From: an uncultured Paraglaciecola sp.
GTDB taxonomy: Bacteria > Pseudomonadota > Gammaproteobacteria > Enterobacterales > Alteromonadaceae
DNA: 64,000 nt
Assembly: GCF_963977085.1 (NCBI RefSeq)
Contig: NZ_CAXBNC010000001.1
Location: forward strand, 414,054 to 478,053
Direction of reading: 5' to 3'
Part shown: piece after piece, positions 19,556-26,951 of the stretch
Numbering within the stretch: the stretch's first letter is position 1
Layout: every line of letters starts with the position of its first letter
The notes under the pieces: generated by a model
What the model was told of the DNA's origin: nothing
Seen by the model: only the letters and a program-made list of their open reading frames with translations
Database searches by the model: none
Position numbers and translations under genes: made by a program

Positions 19556-20379
19556 ACAGTGGGGTTTTGTTTTTCTGTTAATCTAATAAAATCCTCATGA
19601 CTGTAAACACTAGTGTACATAATTTGGTGATTTTGAACGGCAGCCGCAAAAGTGACTGTTGCACCGGTCTGCAATAGGTTATGACGATAACTCTTCAGGC
19701 TGTCACATAGAAAATTACTGCAAATAAAGGAACGTAGTTCCTTTGGTAAAGCGCATCCTTCAATACCTAGAAAAACACAAGAGTCTTGATAACTTTGTTC
19801 AGGGAAATACTCACTATATAATTCTACCAGCTCTTCTTCAGAAAATTCTGGGGCACGAGACGCTAAGATCTGTTTTAACGATGGATAATCTAAATAGGCA
19901 TGCGTTTTTGCATAACCACAACATGCCCCCATGCAGGTAGCACATGCATTACCTAATAATGTCGCTTCCTTTTCTGGTAAAGGAGGGGCAAGACTCGCTG
20001 AGTATATTTTATTGCCAGTTGGATTGTTATTTTTAACATCATCATAAATCATTCCCAAATGATGCAAAAACTCTAGTTTCCGTTCCTGACTTAAATCTGT
20101 TAATGGTTTGGTATTAACAGGTAACAAAGCGACTAAAGGAGAAGTGTTTTCCAATTCTTTACGTAGCCTTACAGACAATTTCTGAGTAGCAGGATCCTGT
20201 AGAAAGACTTCAATCTCGTCGCTCAGTTGCGCAGTTAGACGCTTTTTATTTTCCTCTAAATATTGCTGCACTCTAGCGCGCTGACAATTAGGTTTTTCAC
20301 AATATGGGCTTCGTGAGTATTCAATAAAAGTTAGACTAGTGTTGCAATGAAGGCATTGATTCGATTGATGGAATAACAT
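19552..20379 (-). CDS. YkgJ/CxxCxxCC-like Cys-cluster protein with N-terminal Cys4 finger (paralog 1)
   Basis: CLHC...CEKPNC; CATCMGACC...CVFLGIEGCALP..LRSFICSNFLC. Confidence 0.6.
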   Translation of the reverse strand: MLFHQSNQCLHCNTSLTFIEYSRSPYCEKPNCQRARVQQYLEENKKRLTAQLSDEIEVFLQDPATQKLSVRLRKELENTSPLVALLPVNTKPLTDLSQERKLEFLHHLGMIYDDVKNNNPTGNKIYSASLAPPLPEKEATLLGNACATCMGACCGYAKTHAYLDYPSLKQILASRAPEFSEEELVELYSEYFPEQSYQDSCVFLGIEGCALPKELRSFICSNFLCDSLKSYRHNLLQTGATVTFAAAVQNHQIMYTSVYSHEDFIRLTEKQNPTV

Positions 20380-20571
20380 AACAAACGACTCCTTTTTCTT
20401 AGGAATTTAGCTACTCTTTCTATACGTACCAATATCAAAGAGTAAATATGGCTAGCATCTCGTTCTTTTCTAATCCTTGACTCACAACATTTGTAAAACA
20501 TAACAACGGCAATTGTTAAGTCCGTTATTAAACCCAAAGTCCACCGAGTTAAAAAATCACACAGTTTTTGT

Positions 20572-21990
20572 CTATTTTAAATTACTAACAGCTTTAATTT
20601 TATCACCATACAATCGAATGCAGTTTCTATTTCTAAAACTGGCAAACGGACTTATTCCTTGTTTTTGAATATCCATGAGTTGTTGTTCAGACAATAAATA
20701 TTCGCCACAAGCATGCAATTTTTGTTCGTCACCTTGTGCATAAACAAAAGCGGGGAGCTCTGTAATATGCGCATCGTATGATACGAGTCCTTGATATTGG
20801 CGTATCAGTAACCGCGCACAGGCAAATGCCAAGTTCCCCCACAACAATTGATTGTGTTGATGTTCATTAGGAAACTCTTCAAAAGCAAATGAATCAACCT
20901 CGTCATACTTTTCGCCATAAGGGAGTCTCAGCAATACTCGAGGATAACTAAGCGCAAGATAACTGGCTTGTGGAGTTTGCCTAAATTCATGCCAAAGTGA
21001 CTCATCTGGCGAATTAACAAGGCTGTCATCTGCCCCACTAACAACCTGACATTTTAGAGCTTCACCAAGGCTAGCGAGATAATTTAATGCCGTTATATCC
21101 TCATGACTTGCTGAGAATTGGTAATCTGCAACCAGCACATCATAAGTCGTTACGTCAGTGTCTTTTAAGTGTTGACTTATCTTGCTGACCAACACCGTAT
21201 CGCCAGCCACTGCTTTGTCTAGCGTGGAGTGATCAGCATCAATCAAATAAAAGAACTGCTCCTCTTCGTCATATTCCTCGCTAAAGATAACATCCCTTAC
21301 TCCACGCCAGAGTGATTCTATGGCTTGAAATTGTTTAGAATGTAAAATTGATTTCATCAATTCTTGCAAGGCTTGATCAATTATCGCGAGCAAGTTTAGG
21401 TGTTCTGGTTTAGTGTCATTGACAATATGGGGTTTGAGTAACTGAGCTAAAAAGAGGTCTAAGTTTCCGATACTTTGTGTACCCGAGGCAGCAGAAGTGG
21501 GCTCACTAGGAACAGACTGTTTTTTGCCTAACAGGCGCTCAAACATATCATCATTATTATCTGTTTCGGGGGCATCTTGAAGAACCTCTATATCTGCCTC
21601 TTGAGCACTTTTCTGAGCATCTAATTGAAACTGAGTCATGACCTCATTAGCTGCCTGCTCGGCTGTGTTTGGATTACTTAACTCACGTTTTAAGCGGCGC
21701 AAATTTTTAAAAACTGGGGTGTTAATTAAATTGTTAGGATGAAAGTCTTCTAATTCGTTAAACGTCAATTGATGACCTGAAGGTAAACAAATACTTGGAC
21801 TCAACTTAGTCATGACCTGATCAAAGTTGTCTATATCGATACGAAGAATTTTATGGTCTGGAGCGTTTTCCTGCTCTGCTTTTACAGCGCTAAAATTTCC
21901 TAAAAAATAAACCCGCATCGGCTCTTGGGCATCAATTCGTTTAGCAGAATGAGAGTTAAAACCGTATTCAAAATCAAGACGACCTGACAT
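20572..21990 (-). CDS. Single-chain TssB-TssC (sheath-like) fusion lacking the TssC C-terminal domain
   Basis: N-terminus aligns with local TssB (KILRIDIDNFD vs KILEIDVDNFD; LTFNELEDFHP vs MTFESMDDFTP). The remainder aligns with local TssC (ILHSKQFQAIESLWRG vs ILHHEDYQALEGTWRG; PRVLLRLPYGEK vs PRVLSRLPYGDK). Confidence 0.85.
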   Translation of the reverse strand: MSGRLDFEYGFNSHSAKRIDAQEPMRVYFLGNFSAVKAEQENAPDHKILRIDIDNFDQVMTKLSPSICLPSGHQLTFNELEDFHPNNLINTPVFKNLRRLKRELSNPNTAEQAANEVMTQFQLDAQKSAQEADIEVLQDAPETDNNDDMFERLLGKKQSVPSEPTSAASGTQSIGNLDLFLAQLLKPHIVNDTKPEHLNLLAIIDQALQELMKSILHSKQFQAIESLWRGVRDVIFSEEYDEEEQFFYLIDADHSTLDKAVAGDTVLVSKISQHLKDTDVTTYDVLVADYQFSASHEDITALNYLASLGEALKCQVVSGADDSLVNSPDESLWHEFRQTPQASYLALSYPRVLLRLPYGEKYDEVDSFAFEEFPNEHQHNQLLWGNLAFACARLLIRQYQGLVSYDAHITELPAFVYAQGDEQKLHACGEYLLSEQQLMDIQKQGISPFASFRNRNCIRLYGDKIKAVSNLK

Positions 21991-22081
21991 AGTTAAGTCC
22001 TATAACATGTAACGTTACTCACAGCGTATACGAGCACGTGTGATAAATCGACCCTGGAGTGCTGTTCATCAGCAATTATTA

Positions 22082-22561
22082 TTACATTGGCAACCAAAGG
22101 ATATTCTGAACCCCCTTAAGTCCCAAAGTAAACTTTTCGCCGGTGTTAGTCCATCCACCTCGAATGAAGGCTTTATGGGCACCAGCATTATTGACCATAA
22201 CTAACATATAACTACCACGTGCTCTTGGTGCCAAACCACGCAGGTAAACTGGCATCATTCGGCATACCTCTGTGCCAAAACCTTTGCCTTGGCTTTCATC
22301 ATCAATTAAAAAATTAGAGATGCCTAAAGTATCAAAATTCGCAAAGTTAAAACCAAGATGATAACGGCTATCCACACTGAACATACCCACTGGAACGCCA
22401 TCTTTTTTAACAACATGATGACTTACGCCCTCTTTTTTTTGAGCAAAAACCTTACTTGGCAAGTCACAGTAAACTTGCTGAAAGGGTTTTACCTGCATTG
22501 CATTCAAGAAGACAATATCCTCTTCTGTGCAGGGAGATAGAGCGACGGCATTGCGTATCAT
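22082..22561 (-). CDS. GNAT-family N-acetyltransferase
   Basis: FLIDDESQGKGFG acetyl-CoA motif A; N.GA.KAF.RGGW. Confidence 0.8.
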   Translation of the reverse strand: MIRNAVALSPCTEEDIVFLNAMQVKPFQQVYCDLPSKVFAQKKEGVSHHVVKKDGVPVGMFSVDSRYHLGFNFANFDTLGISNFLIDDESQGKGFGTEVCRMMPVYLRGLAPRARGSYMLVMVNNAGAHKAFIRGGWTNTGEKFTLGLKGVQNILWLPM

Positions 22562-22682
22562 GTTGACAACCTAAATATTTTTGATACAGCAATGTAATTT
22601 AAAGCACATGGAAAAATCAAATAAATTGTCCCTTAAGAAAAATCGCACACTAAACCTCGGACTATACTCAACTGGGTTACAT

Positions 22683-23717
22683 CTATACGGCTCGTAATAC
22701 AAACAGATATCCATTTACGTCAAACCCGTCTTCAAGTCTTAATACTGATTCTGAGCAATTTAGTACTCTATATCCTGCCTGTTTAGCGCAACTCGACACA
22801 TAGCTAGTCTCATGTTGGAATCGCCCTGTGCTAGCAAGTTTAAATCCGGCATTCTTACTATCAGAGCCTAGGGGTAAAGCTTCCACAGAAAATGCCAACA
22901 ACCCAGCAGTATTCTGTCGTTTTCTGCAGGCCACTAAAATCGCTTCAATTTCACCAAAATAGTTAAAAACATCTGTTGCGATAAAGACATCAACTGGCAA
23001 TATTTCTGATTCAAGATAGGCCGTGATTTCGCTAACTAACAGCGCATCGTAAACACCCCTTTGTCGCGATTTTTCAATCATCTCAGATGAAATGTCTATG
23101 CCAATCAAAGTTTCACAAATTGCCTGAAAATATTTACCAGCAAGCCCAGTACCACAGCCCAAATCTACTAACTTCTTACAATTTTTAAAGGCATCTTCAC
23201 TTTGTGCGACATCGCAAAAAACGTCGAAAAGATGCTTGGGGGTTTTGTATGCCAATCGAGATATTAATCGCTCATCAAAGTGGCTCGAAAATCGGTCAAA
23301 GAGATTTTCAACATAAGCTCGTGGAACGCGAGCTGGAGGTTCTGCAAAGCCTTCTGTCGATAACAAAAACTGCAACGTATCAGTATCAATATCTGGATCC
23401 ATGCCATTTTCTCGCATGCGTTCTTGTTGATATCTACGCATGTATTTTATGGCCTCTTCTTTTCTGGCTCTGCGGTTGCAATCCAGCCCAAGCTGATACA
23501 AAGCCTCTGCATTACAAGGCTCTGCCTGCACCAGCAACTGCAATATCATTGTTGCTTCTTGTTGAAACCCCATACTCTGGAAACGTTGTGCTAAAAGCAG
23601 CGAAGGTTTTATCATAAAGTGAGAGGGGATTATATGCTGCAGGGGGAGAGGAATTCGAGCTATTACCTCATCCATAGTCATCTGAGAAATTTTGAACTTG
23701 TTTAGCAAATTATCCAT
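22683..23717 (-). CDS. TPR-containing class I SAM-dependent methyltransferase
   Basis: One TPR pair, then YVENLFD.F...FD..L...L.Y..P, VDLGCGTGLAG, GIDIS..M, F.ATDVF.YFG, G.F.H. Confidence 0.88.
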   Translation of the reverse strand: MDNLLNKFKISQMTMDEVIARIPLPLQHIIPSHFMIKPSLLLAQRFQSMGFQQEATMILQLLVQAEPCNAEALYQLGLDCNRRARKEEAIKYMRRYQQERMRENGMDPDIDTDTLQFLLSTEGFAEPPARVPRAYVENLFDRFSSHFDERLISRLAYKTPKHLFDVFCDVAQSEDAFKNCKKLVDLGCGTGLAGKYFQAICETLIGIDISSEMIEKSRQRGVYDALLVSEITAYLESEILPVDVFIATDVFNYFGEIEAILVACRKRQNTAGLLAFSVEALPLGSDSKNAGFKLASTGRFQHETSYVSSCAKQAGYRVLNCSESVLRLEDGFDVNGYLFVLRAV

Positions 23718-24048
23718 AATCTTAAATCCCTGTTGATACTGTTACAAACTTACTACCGTTAACCTCAATACGCGATAGACTGATTGATTTGTCAGAGCAA
23801 CTAGTATCAAGCCATTGATTACTATATAGCCAACGCCATAAAAGACACGTATTGCCTGTTCTCGTTAAACTCAGATTCCACCATCATTTATTAGACACAC
23901 TCAGCGACTGTCTTCATCGATGCTTAACGTGTCGTTGACAAAAGGGTAATAATCGATTTCCCTCTTTTAAATTCATAAGCCTATAACTCTATAGTCTAAA
24001 AAGGATGTCACCACAACTGTACTCTGTATATACATGATTGATGAACTA

Positions 24049-24867
24049 TCAAAGTAGAACAAAATTCTCCTTATCAAAAATGTAATTTCTCGTTATTTTG
24101 TCGTCTTCAATGGCCGCAGCGTAGGTTAATTTACTGTGACTTTTTGCAATGTTTTTCCGAAGAGTATTTAAGCTGCTACACAAGAAATTATTGCAAGTAA
24201 ATGAACGCATATTGCTTGGCAGCGTACACCCTCTGTCTCCCTGAAAGACGCAAGCATTTTTATAAGTCTTAGTAGGTATGTAACGCCTATAGTTTTCAAC
24301 TAGTTCTTCCCCTGTGATACCTGCGGATTGAGTTGAGAGATATAGCTCTAATGAAGGATAGTCCTGATAAGCATTATCAGCACCGTCCGAAGTACAACAA
24401 TATCCTTTACACGTCTTACAAGCTTTCCCCAACAGTGTCGATTCCTCGGGCGAAAGCGGCGCTTTAAGTTCATCAGAATACACTCTTAGAGTGTTTTTAT
24501 CACCAGCCTGCATGTCATTAAATAAGGCTTTTAAGTGGTATAAAAATCCTTCTTTACGTGTTTCAGGAAGTGTTGTTACAACGTTGCTATTATCAGGTAA
24601 CAAGGCAGTGACAGGTTTGTGTTGTTCAATAGACTCCAGAAGTTTTACCGGAATAACATCCTGAGACTCAAGACTCAGCAAGTTTTTTAAATGGCTTTCA
24701 TGCAAATCAGTAAGAGCTTTATGAAGTTCATTGTGTTTATATTTTTTTAGCTCATTCAACATTTTGACCAAAGCAAGTTGACACTTTGGTTTTTTACAGT
24801 ATTTGCTACGAACATTGTCGATGAATGCCATCTATTCATGACAATGTTGGCAATGATATTTCAACAC
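24049..24867 (-). pseudogene. YkgJ/CxxCxxCC-like paralog 2, interrupted by an in-frame TAG near the N-terminus (260-aa ORF from 24831 could still be made)
   Basis: GTG at 24867 gives VLKYHCQHCHE*MAFIDNVRSKYCKKPKC, colinear with paralog 1; CKTCKGYCC...CVFQGDRGCTLP..MRSFTCNNFLC. Confidence 0.65.
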
Positions 24868-25097
24868 AATATTGCCCCTTACCCTGAAACACAGATTAAT
24901 AACCCGCAATAAAATATCACGAACGGCTTTGTTATTAATTGCCTGACGTGCCCCCTGCAAACCATAGATCATGCTAGTGGTTAAATTAAACTCGCCATTG
25001 AAACTAAAAAAATTAGAGTCAATAAATTGCAATGGCAACCTTTTAGTAAAGTTTTCAAAGGCTGCACGATAAAATTTCCTAGCAATTTTCTAATCGG

Positions 25098-26732
25098 TTA
25101 ACCACCAGCCGCAAAATGCAATATTTTGTCGCCTGTCGACATCGAGCCAGAATTGTGATGTTTAATTGCATGCCACATCAGTCCTCTCGCAAATTCATCC
25201 TTAGAATTAAAAGTAAACCCGGTACTTTCCAGATAATTTCTGCCCCATTGTTTGAGGTGAGTCCAATATTCAGCTCCAGCCTTAAAATGTTTATTTGGGC
25301 GCGCAGTAGTTGGGTTTTCAATGCCACTGCCTTGGCCTAAGATCCCCCCAGCATCGTCAAACATTTTCATGAACATCATAAGATCTCCAGCAATGCCCGA
25401 GTTAAGCGTCATCATAGGTATACAAGGACTAGCGGAGCAACCTCGTTCTACTAAAGCAGTAAAAGCCTTATCGTCGTAAACGATTGCTGGTCGCATTTTA
25501 TCGTCATAGGGATCTTTTACCTTACCACCAGTGGCCACGATATTTTTTACCTCTGCAATCCATTTGTTCATACTGTGGGATTCGAAAGCGCGAGATAGGA
25601 GTTTCCATGCAAATTCTACACAAGCCGCAATCACATCAATCAATGCACTAGCCCCCCAACTGGCAATATTACCACCAAGTTTTGCGCCGCTTTTAGCCAT
25701 TGTATATAGTCCATTGCCAATCGACCAATTCATCTGCTTCTCAATGGCCTTACCTATTTGCATAGGATGACCTGGGGCGATAACAAAATTATTCTTCTTT
25801 TGGTAGGCAATGACCCTGTCTTTCGCTGCAAGAATTGCTTTTGCGATACCTTGACCTATTTCAAGAATATTTCCAACTAAGGGGGCAGCATGTTTTACTA
25901 CTTTTCCGAGTATGAAATTAATCAGTGAAACGGCTCCGCCACCTATTGTTCCCCAAATCTCGCCTGTTTTGTACTTAAGCTTAAGATCTGCGTAAATGCT
26001 TCTAACTGCTTTTTCAATCGCTGCATAAACAAGGTTGAACGCATTTCCGAAGAAATGCTTTGCCCTTTCAATGATAGTTGGGTCAGTAGCGAGGGTACCT
26101 AAGGTAATTACTGGTGGTCTTTTCTCTGGAGGAGGAGTTTGAACTTTTGAGTCTACCTGGACTCCAGTCCCTTTTGGGGTAGGATTTACTCCAGCCGCGC
26201 CAGCAGCTGTTTTGACATGCCCGGCACCAGAAACAATTTTATCTAAATTTGAATCTTCTTTAATTTTACCGAGATATTCAAGACTTTCACCTTTTTCATA
26301 ACTGCTTGCCTGAAGCATGCTTGCGGAAGCGCTACCGACGCTTAGTGCACCTTCAAGTGCAATTTTAGCCCACTGAGCCTGCACATCAGCTTGCTGCCAA
26401 AGATAAATAAGACCATGTCTAGATTCTGGAATGCGCTTACTTAACACCGTTTTAGCCAACGGCTCTTTGCGACAAGAGTCATGAATATATTTCATCAGAC
26501 CACCGCTTTGCTTATTACGCCTAACGTTGTCCCAATTCTTTCCATTACCTTTTTCGATCAAGTAATCTTGAAGATGTTGAAATAGTTTTTCTTTATTTTG
26601 TTCAGATCTGACAGCATGGTATTGTGCATAAGCTTTATCGATCATAATTAACTTTGGGCCACGGCCTCGTGCAAAAGTAATGCTAGTACGAGATAGCCAT
26701 TCTTTAGGTGAAACTAAGCCTAGTTTTGACAT
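25098..26732 (-). CDS. Hypothetical protein with Gly/Ala-rich hydrophobic helices, candidate membrane-active T6SS effector
   Basis: Start moved to ATG 26732 (GGAG RBS); no signal peptide; hydrophobic segments WGTIGGGAVSLINFILG and GGNIASWGASALIDVIAACVEFAW; lies directly downstream of clpV. Confidence 0.5.
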   Translation of the reverse strand: MSKLGLVSPKEWLSRTSITFARGRGPKLIMIDKAYAQYHAVRSEQNKEKLFQHLQDYLIEKGNGKNWDNVRRNKQSGGLMKYIHDSCRKEPLAKTVLSKRIPESRHGLIYLWQQADVQAQWAKIALEGALSVGSASASMLQASSYEKGESLEYLGKIKEDSNLDKIVSGAGHVKTAAGAAGVNPTPKGTGVQVDSKVQTPPPEKRPPVITLGTLATDPTIIERAKHFFGNAFNLVYAAIEKAVRSIYADLKLKYKTGEIWGTIGGGAVSLINFILGKVVKHAAPLVGNILEIGQGIAKAILAAKDRVIAYQKKNNFVIAPGHPMQIGKAIEKQMNWSIGNGLYTMAKSGAKLGGNIASWGASALIDVIAACVEFAWKLLSRAFESHSMNKWIAEVKNIVATGGKVKDPYDDKMRPAIVYDDKAFTALVERGCSASPCIPMMTLNSGIAGDLMMFMKMFDDAGGILGQGSGIENPTTARPNKHFKAGAEYWTHLKQWGRNYLESTGFTFNSKDEFARGLMWHAIKHHNSGSMSTGDKILHFAAGG

Positions 26733-26908
26733 AAAAACTCCATATTTTACAATGAGATAAGAGAACAAGTTACGAAGTACAAACAAAATCAACAAGGCTT
26801 CACCCAAGTAAATGACTAAAAGTAACTATGTAAGATTCTCATCTATTAATTTAATAAAAAATAAGATTCTAAAGATAATTTAAAGACCCCAACCACTTAC
26901 CTTTAATG

Positions 26909-26932
26909 AAAAAGCCCACAAACTTTGTGGGC
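26909..26932 (-). terminator. Rho-independent terminator after clpV
   Basis: GCCCACAAA-G-TTTGTGGGC hairpin followed by TTTTT on the minus strand. Confidence 0.75.
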
Positions 26933-26951
26933 ACACTATCAAGTTAACTCC

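Noticed and set aside
24868-25038. 68-aa ORF 24832-25038 as an independent gene or immunity protein
   Set aside because: Only its last 11 codons match paralog 1; the rest has no TM, lipobox or recognisable motif and is probably the intergenic region read in frame.
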